A stretch of 64,000 bases of DNA from the NCBI GenBank assembly GCA_018003315.1, contig JAGNEJ010000016.1:35-64034 (forward strand), written 5' to 3'. Positions 1-9,929 of the stretch are shown piece by piece. Under the pieces are notes generated by a model that worked only from the letters and a program-made list of their open reading frames with translations, was not told where the DNA came from and ran no database searches. Numbering within the stretch: position 1 is the first letter of the stretch; every line of letters starts with the position of its first letter. The DNA comes from Verrucomicrobiales bacterium (GTDB lineage: Bacteria; Verrucomicrobiota; Verrucomicrobiia; Verrucomicrobiales; V1-33). Position numbers and translations under genes: made by a program.

Positions 1-85
1 AACGATGAAACTGCGAACGGAAAGCCTCATCACCGGCATCGCGGAACTTTTCAACGAACAGCATCCCGCGGCCAATCGGGGCTAA

Positions 86-901
86 TCAGTTACTGCCGAA
101 GAACTGGAGCCGCTCGAAAGTTCCCGGTGATTTCACCGTCCTGATGCCGACGTAGTCGAGGATCTTCGTGCCGTTTACCCACAGCGCGACTTCGCCCGTG
201 TCATCCGTTGCCCATTTCATCTTGAACACAAAGGCGTGCCACGTTTCGTAATCCAGCGGGATTGGTGTTTTCTGGCTGTAGCCGTTCTGGTTTGGGTAAT
301 AGGCGTCATAGACTTCCGCCCTGCGGTTCAAATGATAGGTTGGGTTTCCAACCCAGGTGGTGAACTTCCCCTTTGCATTGTCATGGCCCCACGAGCCGAA
401 GGCGACAATCCAGCGAATGCCATCGCCCTTGATCTCGAATCCTTTGTCGGCACTGGATTCGTCCATTCCGGTGTGCCAGATGTCTTTGCCGTCCTTGCGA
501 TCGTAGCGGACGAAGCAGGCGTAGTAGTAGTCTTTGGATTTTGCTTCCGGGATCCGGTCGAATTTGACTTCGTGATAGAGTTCCGTGGTCCTGGCTTTCT
601 TCACGTCCCACTGAAACACATGCTTCCCTTGCGGGGCTGTCGGATCGGCGATGATAGTGCCCCGCTTGGGATGGGAGGCCTTGGCTTCCGCCCAAGGTTG
701 CGGAAAGAATGGCGGCTGCGGCAGCGGGTCGCCGTCGTTCTGCGACTCCGCATCGAAATAGAAATAGGCACCCCGAGCGGCGGGAGGTTTTGCATCCTGG
801 GCCACCGTCACACGATGAGGCCACAGCCCTGTTCCAGCCAGCCCCAATGCCGCCACGCCGGTGGATATGATTCCAGTGCAACGGATGGGTATTGTTTTCA
901 T
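86..901 (-). CDS. secreted concanavalin-like / polysaccharide-lyase-family protein (family tentative)
   Basis: 271-aa ORF with ATG at 901. N-terminal hydrophobic signal-like stretch (IISTGVAALGLAGTG). W/Y/G-rich beta-sandwich-like composition. Lies 51 nt downstream of the heparinase II/III-like gene on the same strand. Family recalled from memory, not searched. Confidence 0.45.
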   Translation of the reverse strand: MKTIPIRCTGIISTGVAALGLAGTGLWPHRVTVAQDAKPPAARGAYFYFDAESQNDGDPLPQPPFFPQPWAEAKASHPKRGTIIADPTAPQGKHVFQWDVKKARTTELYHEVKFDRIPEAKSKDYYYACFVRYDRKDGKDIWHTGMDESSADKGFEIKGDGIRWIVAFGSWGHDNAKGKFTTWVGNPTYHLNRRAEVYDAYYPNQNGYSQKTPIPLDYETWHAFVFKMKWATDDTGEVALWVNGTKILDYVGIRTVKSPGTFERLQFFGSN

Positions 902-952
902 TGTTAGTCGGCTCCTAGCTAACCGGCGGCGGGACTTGCGATTGTTGGCTGC

Positions 953-3277
953 CTACTTTCGAGAACTGATCGCCAATCCAGCCGGCAGCGCGTTCTCCTT
1001 TACGTCATTAGCCAAAGTCGCGGTGAATGCAGGCGATGCTTCACGCCGAATTGAAACCGCTCCGCCCGGGGGGCCCTGGCGGTTGAATTGGATGAGCCAC
1101 GAGCCGGTGCTTGTTTCCAGCGTGACGCCGTCCTGGGTGGCGTTCTCCGCCAGCTTGAACGCCCCGGGCGCCGGCGAGAGCGATCCGTCCTCCTTGCCGG
1201 CGGCATCCTGATAGGGAATGAGAACGTGAAGAAAGCGGTGCTCCGCGGATTGATCAGGCGGTTCCACTTCGATCCGCCACAGGCACAGATCAATGTCGCT
1301 GTCCTTTCGCCGTTCGGCATCGGCTCCGCTGTTGGCGGCGTTGGGATCATGCGGGTTGCCCCAGGTCTCGAAACCTTCGCCGCCGCGTTTGGTGATCCGC
1401 GCTCTCTTGGGAAGCAGCGTGCGAAGACCCACGGCTCCTCGTTTCGCCGTGGTCCAAAACTTTCCGTCCCGGGAAACGACGCGGGACAACACTCCTTCCG
1501 CACCTTGATAAGTCTTGTATCCCGGCCCCTGCCGCGCGGCGTTCAGCGTGCCGTCGGCGCCAAGGACTTCGGGCTCATCCTGGAAGTGCGTCACCCAGGT
1601 TTTCGGGAAGCCGGCATCCGTCGCACGCACCCGATCGTAGATCACGAAAAACTCAGGGGTTCCCCGGACATAAAGGAACTGCCGGGTGAATTCGCGGAGT
1701 TTTTGGGACTGGGTTCGTTGCTTCGTTTTCTCGTCGTCACGCACGCTGCTGTAAGCGCGCGTCAGGTCGGCGGCGACGTAGGTGTAGGCATCGGTGTGTT
1801 CGTAGGCCACGATTTCGCCGCGCTGCACCGGTTCCAGCGCGTGATAGAAATTGGGGACTTGGGGTCCCCCGTCGTTCCGCTTCACGGCCTCGCCGCCGGT
1901 ATTGAAGTATTGCTCTTTGGGATCATATACGAGCACCACATTCTGGCTGTTGGGAATGCAGGCCGACGACCACAATTCATACCCCGCGTGACCTGCCAGC
2001 ACGCCCTGCTTCGAAATCTGGAACGATCCATTGCCGCCGGATCCGTAGCCGTACATCGTGAAAGCAGGGGCCGCGGTGAAAACCGACCATGTGTCGTCGG
2101 CCCCCTGCCACGCGCTCCGCAGATAGACATGGCCTGACCCGCGGAAATGGAAGGCCAGCGGCAATGCGTCCTTCTTCACCACCGGAACGTCCGGGTCATA
2201 CCAGATCATGTCCGCCCAACTGGCCGCGCCATTTTCGATGGCGGACTGCACCATGCCCTGGCTGATTCCATCCCGATAGCGCGCCGCGTGGATCGCGCGG
2301 AACGAGGAAGTGTCAAGGCCGCGAAATATCCCCGGCCCGGTGTCCTCCAGGTGAGGCATGTGGCCGGTGTGTGGCACCGTCCCATACACATTCCAGTAGG
2401 GAGACTCCCGGTGAAAGCTGGTGCGCGCGGCTTTCTCAAACAGGTTCTGGCCCGTGGCGAAACGCCAGGCTTCCCACGTGATGAACGGCGCATAGGAGCA
2501 ACCTCCGTGATTCGGACCCTCCGGCCAGACGCCTCCGAGCTGGTCGAATTTCGCGACGAATTCCTCCGGCATCCGCCGGGCAAACGAATCCAGCCAGCGG
2601 CGGGCATCCGCTTCGTGGTCCGTCCTGCCACCCGCGATGGCCAGCGCCACCATCGTCTTGGGCGCGATGCCGTCCCGGCTCCAGGAAACACCCATGACCG
2701 GTCCCCACGTCTGGTTGTACCAATACGTCCCGCCGTTGAGCGTAATCTCGGGAACCTCCGTGTAATGGCGAAGGAACTTTCCGATCCGGTTCCCGTATCG
2801 AATGCGTTCCTCCGGGGTCAGGGCATCGTGAATCCAGTCGTAGATGATGGCGTCCCAGCCAAAGTCCATGCCGTCAATGCCGCTGCCATCGGTCTTCCAC
2901 ATCGCCTCCTTGATGTGGCGCACGAACCGGCTTGCATCCCGCCCGAGGTTCTTTTCGATTTGGTAGGCGAATCCGAAATTCGGACCGGTCCAGGCGCGCG
3001 GGAAATACGCCGTTTTCGGATTCATCGGGCGATCCAACGAATCCACCAGCGCCTTGTAGCTGGCCTCCATCACTCCGCCCGGGCCGCAGCGGGCCGCGAT
3101 CTGGCGAAACGAAGCGGCGTCCGCAAAGATGCGCGGATGCCCGGCACGCAGCGTGTAGGGCTCCGACGCCTGGGTTGTCGTGCCGGGGGTGACGGCATCT
3201 GCTGCGAAGCCCACATCCGCCGTCGTAAGGAGGACCGCAATGGCCGCCAGTTTTTCCAGGATATTTGAATGAGTCAT
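953..3277 (-). CDS. heparinase II/III-like polysaccharide lyase family protein
   Basis: ORF 953..3340. The internal ATG at 3277 gives MTHSNILEKLAAIAVLLTTADVGFAADA, a good signal peptide. About 770 aa, with a helical N-half and beta-rich C-half as in heparinase II/III (DUF4962-type) proteins. Confidence 0.6.
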   Translation of the reverse strand: MTHSNILEKLAAIAVLLTTADVGFAADAVTPGTTTQASEPYTLRAGHPRIFADAASFRQIAARCGPGGVMEASYKALVDSLDRPMNPKTAYFPRAWTGPNFGFAYQIEKNLGRDASRFVRHIKEAMWKTDGSGIDGMDFGWDAIIYDWIHDALTPEERIRYGNRIGKFLRHYTEVPEITLNGGTYWYNQTWGPVMGVSWSRDGIAPKTMVALAIAGGRTDHEADARRWLDSFARRMPEEFVAKFDQLGGVWPEGPNHGGCSYAPFITWEAWRFATGQNLFEKAARTSFHRESPYWNVYGTVPHTGHMPHLEDTGPGIFRGLDTSSFRAIHAARYRDGISQGMVQSAIENGAASWADMIWYDPDVPVVKKDALPLAFHFRGSGHVYLRSAWQGADDTWSVFTAAPAFTMYGYGSGGNGSFQISKQGVLAGHAGYELWSSACIPNSQNVVLVYDPKEQYFNTGGEAVKRNDGGPQVPNFYHALEPVQRGEIVAYEHTDAYTYVAADLTRAYSSVRDDEKTKQRTQSQKLREFTRQFLYVRGTPEFFVIYDRVRATDAGFPKTWVTHFQDEPEVLGADGTLNAARQGPGYKTYQGAEGVLSRVVSRDGKFWTTAKRGAVGLRTLLPKRARITKRGGEGFETWGNPHDPNAANSGADAERRKDSDIDLCLWRIEVEPPDQSAEHRFLHVLIPYQDAAGKEDGSLSPAPGAFKLAENATQDGVTLETSTGSWLIQFNRQGPPGGAVSIRREASPAFTATLANDVKENALPAGLAISSRK

Positions 3278-3367
3278 TGTTGGTTCCGCCGGGGTTTCGC
3301 GATGTGAAAGGTTTGCTCCAAAATCCTGATTTTCTAGCAAAACGCTGCGTCATCCACCCGTGCCGGT

Positions 3368-4885
3368 TCACTTTGGTGCTTCCCACAGGGATTTCAACAT
3401 CCGCACGGCCTCCTCGACCAGCACCCGCCCACCTTCCGGACCCACCACGCCATCGTCTATCCGGGCGCTGTAGCCGCCGCCCTGCACGGCCCGCTCGGTG
3501 GGCAGATAGCCAGGGGAATCGGCGGTCAGTTGCACCACTGAGGTCTGTGTGGCGGGACTTCGCGCCTTGATGCGCATGCAATAGTCGGTGAACAGTTCAA
3601 AGGGATTGGTGATCAGCGCCAGATCGTTGAGGCGCAAGGCGTGGATTTCCGCCTGGTAGGATGGCTCTGTCTTCTGCAAGTGATGGCGCGCGATCATGGT
3701 GCGGCTGACGCGCCAGTTGATGTAGTCAACGGGGCTCAGTTGATCCAGGCGATCCTTTCCGGCTTCGAAGGCGGCGACGGCTTCCGCCAGTCGCGCGTCG
3801 GACACTTTCCAGACGGGGAGGGGAATGGTTTCGACGCGGTGTTCCAGGAGCACGTCGCCGCGGGCGGTGCTGCCCGCCAGATCCGCCACGTCGCCCACCG
3901 CGTCGGCAATCCGTCGGGCGATTTCCTGACGGTATTCCAGCTTTCGCCGGGCCAGCATGTCCGCTTCGGTCTGCTTGCCAACCTGCAGGTGGGGCGACTG
4001 GTCTCCGCTCGCACCGCACAGCGGCAGCACCTGGAGGTCCGGTCCAAAGCGTTCGCGCAGCAGCTTCCGCGTGTCATGCCAGAAGTCAGCGGACAAATAC
4101 GTCTCTCCCTCCATTTCCTGCGACGGGCAATAAATGGTCAGGGCCATGCCGGTCAACTTGCCGTCGCGGCGGAACAGGAGGACATCCAGCGAATCCTCCG
4201 AAGTGCCTTCCGTATGGGAAAATCCAGGGTCTGCAGTGCTGCCATACATGCGCGTCGTTCCGTCAAAAAACACCGCGCGCCGGTTGCGGGCCACGGAGGC
4301 ATGGCCCAGCGCCGATCCAACCTCGCCAGGCTGGCGGGATTTCCATGCCGCGATCACCGCGGCGGCTGCCTGGTGTTCGAAAAATGCTAGAAATTCCTTT
4401 GGATGCATCAGATCCTGCTGCCCGGCAGGAATTCGGTAAGCGAAACTGCCCATGAAATCGTATGGGTGCGCCGGCGGGTCGGTTACGTCGAAAATGGCCG
4501 GCGCGGTGTGCGTGTGCGTTGCCGAGACGAGGATTTTTTTCGCGTCCAGATCAGGGAGCGCCTCAGCGGCAAGCTTGCGGATGTTTGCCACCGACCCTGC
4601 GCGGATGCCGACCAGGTCGCAGGACACCCAGACCGCCTGGGCGATGACTCCGGCGTCGTCGCGGGTCTCCAGCGCCAGGGCGGTCACCGTCAGTGGATCG
4701 TGGACGTTCGCGCTGATGCGCGTGTGATACTGCCCGCCGATGGCCACGGGTTTGGACGGGGTGATGCTCTCTCCGGCCCAGCCAAACGACAGCCGGCCCC
4801 TCCGCGCGGTTTCCGCAGATTGGGCGGAATCGACTGCCGCGGGCGGGAGGATGCCAAGGAAGATGCTTGTCAGGATGATTCTCAT
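3368..4885 (-). CDS. neutral/alkaline ceramidase-like secreted hydrolase
   Basis: 505-aa ORF with signal peptide MRIILTSIFLGILPPAAVDSAQSA. The SATHTHTAP motif resembles the ceramidase H-x-H metal site. The GWAGESITP start of the mature domain is typical of the family. Confidence 0.45.
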   Translation of the reverse strand: MRIILTSIFLGILPPAAVDSAQSAETARRGRLSFGWAGESITPSKPVAIGGQYHTRISANVHDPLTVTALALETRDDAGVIAQAVWVSCDLVGIRAGSVANIRKLAAEALPDLDAKKILVSATHTHTAPAIFDVTDPPAHPYDFMGSFAYRIPAGQQDLMHPKEFLAFFEHQAAAAVIAAWKSRQPGEVGSALGHASVARNRRAVFFDGTTRMYGSTADPGFSHTEGTSEDSLDVLLFRRDGKLTGMALTIYCPSQEMEGETYLSADFWHDTRKLLRERFGPDLQVLPLCGASGDQSPHLQVGKQTEADMLARRKLEYRQEIARRIADAVGDVADLAGSTARGDVLLEHRVETIPLPVWKVSDARLAEAVAAFEAGKDRLDQLSPVDYINWRVSRTMIARHHLQKTEPSYQAEIHALRLNDLALITNPFELFTDYCMRIKARSPATQTSVVQLTADSPGYLPTERAVQGGGYSARIDDGVVGPEGGRVLVEEAVRMLKSLWEAPK

Positions 4886-5047
4886 GAAGTGCAGACAGGT
4901 TGATGGTGTGGTTCGTCAAACACAGGGGGAGTTTGCAGGTGGAACGCCCGATGACAAATCCTCTAAGTGCGGGTAACAGGCGCTGCGGCTGCCAGCGGCA
5001 AAAAGTCAGTGATTGACGATGCTGCAGGGAATGGAAATGATCGCGGC

Positions 5048-7207
5048 ATGAGATCCCCGCGCTTCCACCAATGCTTTGTCAGGATGTTCGCTTCGGCCAT
5101 GGTGCTGACAGCTTCGGTCGTCGGGGCATCGGACGCGGACCTGCCCGTGGCGGACTTTGAAGGTGCGGATTACGGAAACTGGGCGGTGACGGGCGAAGCG
5201 TTTGGGAGCGGCCCCGCCAAGGGCGCACTGCCGGGCCAGATGCCGGTGGACGGGTTCGAGGGGAAGGGGCTGGTGAATTCATTTCACAAGGGAGATGCCA
5301 GCACCGGAACGCTGACCTCGCCGGAATTTGTCATCGAGCGCCGCTTTCTGCGCTTTCTCATCGGCGGTGGCGGTTGGGAGGGCAGGACCTGCCTGAACTT
5401 GAAAATCGCAGGCAAGACCGTCCGGACCGCCACTGGTCCTAACACCGATCCCGGCGGCAGCGAACGCCTGGAGTTGCAGGTTTGGGACGTGGAGGAATTC
5501 CGGGGCCGGCGGGTGCGTCTGGAAATGGTGGATGCGGCCACGGAAGGCTGGGGCCACGTCAATGTGGACCACATCGTTCAGACAAACACCAAACCGGCGG
5601 GAGCCCTTGAGCCTGCACGGCGGATACTGGCAGCCGAGAAACACTGGCTGCATTTGCCAGTGAAAAACGGTGCGAAAAAACGGGTGATGACCGTGAGCGC
5701 GGATGGCGCGGCGGTGCGCTCGTTCGACATCGAGCTGGCCGATGGAGAACCGGACTGGTGGGCGTTTCTGGATATTTCTGCGTGGAAGGGGAAATCCCTT
5801 ACATTGGCAGCGGGTCGCATGGCGGCGGACTCCAGGGCGTTGGAGGCGATTCGTCAGTCCGATGCGCAGCCCGGCGCAGATTCCCTGTATGCCGAGGCGC
5901 TGCGCCCCCAGTTTCATTTTTCGGCCAGGCGGGGCTGGCTGAATGATCCTAACGGACTGGTGCTCTACCGGGGCGAGTACCACCTGTTTTTCCAGCACAA
6001 CCCGTATGGCTGGAACTGGGGAAACATGCACTGGGGACATGCGGTGAGCCGGGATTTGGTCCGGTGGGAGGAAGTGGGGGAGGCGCTGTATCCGGATGAG
6101 TCCGGGACCATGTTCAGCGGTTCCGCGGTGGTGGATGCGGGCAACACCAGCGGATTCGGCACGGAGCAGCAACCTGCCATGGTGTTGTTTTACACGGCGG
6201 CAGGACGGGAATTTACCCAGAACCTGGCCTACAGCACGGATGGGAGAACCTTCAAAAAATATGAGCGCAACCCGGTGGTGAAGCAGATCACGCACGGCAA
6301 CCGCGACCCCAAGGTGATCTGGCACCAGCCCAGCAGGCAGTGGATCATGACCCTGTATGTCGAAGTGGAAAAGGTGCACACCATCCAGTTGCTGCGGTCG
6401 CAGAATCTGAAGGACTGGACTGTGGTTAGTGAAGTGCCGGACCTATTTGAATGTCCGGACTTTTTCCCGCTGCGCCTGCCAGGGGCAGAAAATGCAGACG
6501 CCGAGCGCTGGGTGATCACCGGGGCGAGCAGCGAGTATCTGCTGGGCGGATTCGATGGAGTCCGCTTTCACCCCGAAACGCCCAAGCTGCCGGGGCACCG
6601 CGGCAAGGGATTTTACGCAGCCCAGACGTTCAGCGACGTGCCCGGGCGGCGGGTGCAAATCGGATGGGGGCAGATGCCTTCGCCCGGAATGCCGTTCAAC
6701 CAACTGATGTGTTTTCCCACGACGCTGACGCTGGTCAGCACGGAGGCCGGACCGCGCATGGCGTGGGCTCCGGTGGAGGAACTGGGATCGCTGAGGGAAA
6801 AACAGTTTCCGCTGCAGCCGGGACCAATTGCGCCCGGAAAAAACGGCGCCGAAGCGGTGCATGGGGAACTGCTGGAAATCCAGTTGCTGGTGGAACCCCG
6901 GCAGGCCAAGGAGGTGCGGCTGGATGCGCGGGGTGCGGTTATTTCATGGAACGCGGAGCGGCAGGAACTTGCCGTGAACGAGCACCGGGTCCCAGCTCCG
7001 CTGCGCGAGGGAAAAATCGACCTGCATGTCCTGGTGGACCGCACCAGCCTGGAGGTGTTCGCCTGCGGCGGCACGGTTTACGTTCCCACGCCCTTTGTGG
7101 CGAAGCCCGAAGCGCAAAGCGTGCGGGTGTCCGCAACGGGCGGCGAGGCCTTGCTGAAAGCGGGCGATGTCTGGCGGCTGCGCTCCATCTGGCCGCGGAA
7201 GCATTGA
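5048..7207 (+). CDS. glycoside hydrolase family 32 (levanase / fructan beta-fructosidase) with N-terminal accessory domain
   Basis: GH32 catalytic motifs WLNDPNGL, RDPKV and ECPD are all present. The ATG at 5048 gives a signal-like N-terminus (MRSPRFHQCFVRMFASAMVLTASVVGASDA). Confidence 0.9.
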   Translation: MRSPRFHQCFVRMFASAMVLTASVVGASDADLPVADFEGADYGNWAVTGEAFGSGPAKGALPGQMPVDGFEGKGLVNSFHKGDASTGTLTSPEFVIERRFLRFLIGGGGWEGRTCLNLKIAGKTVRTATGPNTDPGGSERLELQVWDVEEFRGRRVRLEMVDAATEGWGHVNVDHIVQTNTKPAGALEPARRILAAEKHWLHLPVKNGAKKRVMTVSADGAAVRSFDIELADGEPDWWAFLDISAWKGKSLTLAAGRMAADSRALEAIRQSDAQPGADSLYAEALRPQFHFSARRGWLNDPNGLVLYRGEYHLFFQHNPYGWNWGNMHWGHAVSRDLVRWEEVGEALYPDESGTMFSGSAVVDAGNTSGFGTEQQPAMVLFYTAAGREFTQNLAYSTDGRTFKKYERNPVVKQITHGNRDPKVIWHQPSRQWIMTLYVEVEKVHTIQLLRSQNLKDWTVVSEVPDLFECPDFFPLRLPGAENADAERWVITGASSEYLLGGFDGVRFHPETPKLPGHRGKGFYAAQTFSDVPGRRVQIGWGQMPSPGMPFNQLMCFPTTLTLVSTEAGPRMAWAPVEELGSLREKQFPLQPGPIAPGKNGAEAVHGELLEIQLLVEPRQAKEVRLDARGAVISWNAERQELAVNEHRVPAPLREGKIDLHVLVDRTSLEVFACGGTVYVPTPFVAKPEAQSVRVSATGGEALLKAGDVWRLRSIWPRKH

Positions 7208-7256
7208 AGCAGCGTAGGGCATTGCAGGAACTGCCGATTCGATTCATAGTTGCCGC

Positions 7257-8147
7257 ATGAAACGCCAACGGATGCTGTGCGGGATGCTGGGGATGCTGTT
7301 CACTGGGGCGGTGCCGGGGGATGTCGCCGCCGAAGCACCTGCTGTGGCGGCGGAGGCGCGGGCCGCTGCACCCGCTCATGCTGCTGACGCTGTGGTCCTG
7401 GTGCACGGCCTGCAGTGGATCCGCGACACTCTGAAACCTGCGGAGGAAGCGTTGACCGCCGCCGGTTACCGCGTGCTGCGCTTCCGCTATGACTCGCGAA
7501 AACCGCTGCATCCCGATGCGCTGGCCAAGGCCCTGGGGGATTTCATCCGGAGCGAGCGTCCTGCCAATGGCAGGCCGCTCCACTTCGTTTGCCATTCGAT
7601 GGGCTGCATTGTGGTGCGCTGCTTTCTGAGCCGTGAACGTCCGGAACGGCTGGGCCGCGTGGTCATGCTGGCTCCGCCGAACAAGGGATCCGAACTGGCT
7701 GACCTGGTGGCTCACAGCCGCCTGCTCCAGTCTATTTTCGGCAAAGGGGCCGTTGCTTTGCAATGCGGGGAAGGACTTCCGGCAAAACTTCCCGCGCCGG
7801 ACTATGACCCTGGCGTCATCATGGGAACGCGCAGTGACGTTCCGCTATTGTCCGCGTTTCTCGAAGGTGCCGACGACGGCTTGCTGACCGTGGAGTGCGG
7901 CAGGCTGCCGGGCATGGGGGATTTCGTCACGGTTGCAGCTTCGCATACCGGAATGACTGCCGACGCGCGGACCTTGCGGCAGGTGGAGGTTTTTTTGCGC
8001 ACCGGAAAATTTGACCACCCGGCAGCCGCGTCACGCTCCGTGTTGGAGACTGCCCCGGCCGCAAGTCCCACCGCCTCCAGTGGGCGGGAAAAACGGTCGG
8101 CTGCCCGCTGGTTCAATGCGATGCTGAGCCGACTCCAACGCAGATGA
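7257..8147 (+). CDS. alpha/beta-fold hydrolase (lipase/esterase-like)
   Basis: 296-aa ORF. Nucleophile elbow CHSMG (GxSxG type) follows VVLVHGL, a typical alpha/beta-hydrolase core. N-terminal signal-like segment. Confidence 0.6.
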   Translation: MKRQRMLCGMLGMLFTGAVPGDVAAEAPAVAAEARAAAPAHAADAVVLVHGLQWIRDTLKPAEEALTAAGYRVLRFRYDSRKPLHPDALAKALGDFIRSERPANGRPLHFVCHSMGCIVVRCFLSRERPERLGRVVMLAPPNKGSELADLVAHSRLLQSIFGKGAVALQCGEGLPAKLPAPDYDPGVIMGTRSDVPLLSAFLEGADDGLLTVECGRLPGMGDFVTVAASHTGMTADARTLRQVEVFLRTGKFDHPAAASRSVLETAPAASPTASSGREKRSAARWFNAMLSRLQRR

Positions 8148-8180
8148 TCCCTGTCGGAAATCTCTCCCCCCCGCGAACTC

Positions 8181-9278
8181 ATGGCTGAAGTCACCATCAC
8201 CTGCCCCCGCTGCTCCGAATCGACCCTGGTGGACATGGAGGAAAGCATTTCACTCCAGCGCTGCGACCATTGCGGCATGTTCCTTTACGGAGCCGACACC
8301 GGCGTGAAGCCCGACCGCGTCCGCCGCCGCCGGCGGCGCAAGGGATGGCGCAGCCTGACCAGGACCGTGGCAGGCAAGGAGCGCCTCCAGTCGGTGGATC
8401 CCGATGAAACCATCTATCGCCGCAAGGGGATTCCCCGGTGGTTTTTCCCCACCGTTCTTGGCTGCCTGCTGTTGGTGGTGTGGATTGTTTGGTATCGTGT
8501 CCGTACCGCAAACCAGGAGTCTTCCAAGCACGGGGAAGATCTGGTCCTGCAGACTTCCCTGCAAAACGTGCCAAAGGACAATCCACTGGGTGCCGAGGTA
8601 AAACCCGTTGAGGAGGTGGATCCTGGCTGGGCCGCAGCGGTGCGAAAAGTGGCGGTGAAGTTTTTGGCTGCCACCACGGTTGAGGAGATGCTGCCCCTGA
8701 CCCGGAATGCCGCCGTGCAGGGGCCCAAGATGCAAAAGGCGTATGGAAAAGGGACTTTGCCCCTGGGGCCGGGCGGGGTGCTGGACCTGCTGTATGCTCC
8801 GGAGATGCCCGGACAGCAAATCGCGATGTTGTTTTTCCGCAACCGTCAGGAAACCCTCCAGGGCATTGTGGTGGTGGACACGGGCAAGGAGATTCTGGTG
8901 GACTGGCCAAGCGTTTCCGGCTGCGGTGACATGGCCATACCGGAATTTCTGGAGAAAAAACCGACCGCACCCACGCTCATCTTCGTGGTGGCCCGGCGCG
9001 ATGACTATTACAACTTCCAGTTTGCCGACCGCAAAGCCTATCAATCCCTGCGCCTGACTACGTTTCCGGAGAACGAGGTTTTTTACGGCTACGTGCAGCG
9101 CGACAGCCCCCTGTTCGACAAGGTGAAATCCCTGCCTGAACAGGGTTACAACGTGGCTCCGGAGGAACAGCCCAAGGGCCAGCCGCTTGCGGTGAAAGCC
9201 AGCTTCCCGCAGCAAGCCACGTCTGAAAAGCAGGTGGAGATCGTGGAAATCCTTGGCAACGGCTGGTTCATTCCCTGA
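8181..9278 (+). CDS. hypothetical membrane-anchored protein with N-terminal zinc-ribbon
   Basis: CPRC...CDHC four-Cys pattern in the first 35 aa, then an Arg-rich stretch, then one TM helix (FFPTVLGCLLLVVWIVWY), then a ~250-aa soluble domain with no motif I recognise. Confidence 0.5.
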   Translation: MAEVTITCPRCSESTLVDMEESISLQRCDHCGMFLYGADTGVKPDRVRRRRRRKGWRSLTRTVAGKERLQSVDPDETIYRRKGIPRWFFPTVLGCLLLVVWIVWYRVRTANQESSKHGEDLVLQTSLQNVPKDNPLGAEVKPVEEVDPGWAAAVRKVAVKFLAATTVEEMLPLTRNAAVQGPKMQKAYGKGTLPLGPGGVLDLLYAPEMPGQQIAMLFFRNRQETLQGIVVVDTGKEILVDWPSVSGCGDMAIPEFLEKKPTAPTLIFVVARRDDYYNFQFADRKAYQSLRLTTFPENEVFYGYVQRDSPLFDKVKSLPEQGYNVAPEEQPKGQPLAVKASFPQQATSEKQVEIVEILGNGWFIP

Positions 9279-9290
9279 CAATTTTAAGGG

Positions 9291-9929
9291 ATGCGACTGA
9301 TCTGGATGTTCGTTGGTCTGGCGGTGCTGGTGCTCATTCCCTTTCTGCTTTGGGGAGACTGGTTTCAGGAATCATTCGATGCCGCGGCGACGCGCGCCTG
9401 GCTTCAGGGCCTCGGTCCGTGGGGATGGCTGGCGGCGGTGGCGCTGCTGGTGGGCGATCTCATTCTGCCGGTGCCGGCGACGCCGGTCATGAGCGCCCTG
9501 GGCTGGGTCTACGGCGCCATTGCCGGTGGGCTCATTGGTGCGGCGGGCTCTTTTTTGTCAGGATCCCTCGCCTACGGCCTGTGCCGCGCTCTGGGCGAGC
9601 AGGCGGCCCGCAGGCTTCTGGGCGAGCATGATCTGGAGCGGGGGCGGCGGCTGTTTTCCGGTGCGGGCGGCTGGATTGTGGCGCTTTCGCGATGGTTGCC
9701 GGTGCTTCCGGAAATCACCTGCTGCATGGCCGGATTGACGCGGATGCCGCCCGTCCGGTTTTTCTCCTCCCTGGCCTGCGGCAGTGTTCCCATGGCGTTT
9801 GTCTTTGCCTGGGTGGGATCGCGCGGCGAGGAGTCACCCGGCACCACCATGCTGCTGTGCATTGTCCTACCAGTTGTCTTCTGGGGCATGGCCTCCCTGG
9901 TGCTGCGGAGGAGCGGCCCTGACCGCTAG
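9291..9929 (+). CDS. DedA / TVP38-TMEM64 (SNARE-associated) family membrane protein
   Basis: 212 aa and polytopic. The GDLILPVPATP and WLPVLPEI re-entrant-loop-like motifs are typical of the family. Confidence 0.65.
   Translation: MRLIWMFVGLAVLVLIPFLLWGDWFQESFDAAATRAWLQGLGPWGWLAAVALLVGDLILPVPATPVMSALGWVYGAIAGGLIGAAGSFLSGSLAYGLCRALGEQAARRLLGEHDLERGRRLFSGAGGWIVALSRWLPVLPEITCCMAGLTRMPPVRFFSSLACGSVPMAFVFAWVGSRGEESPGTTMLLCIVLPVVFWGMASLVLRRSGPDR

Noticed and set aside
2-85. Open frame ending in TAA at 83-85 (…TMKLRTESLITGIAELFNEQHPAANRG), possibly the 3-prime end of a plus-strand gene
   Set aside because: Only 27 codons are visible, which is insufficient to call a CDS or a product.
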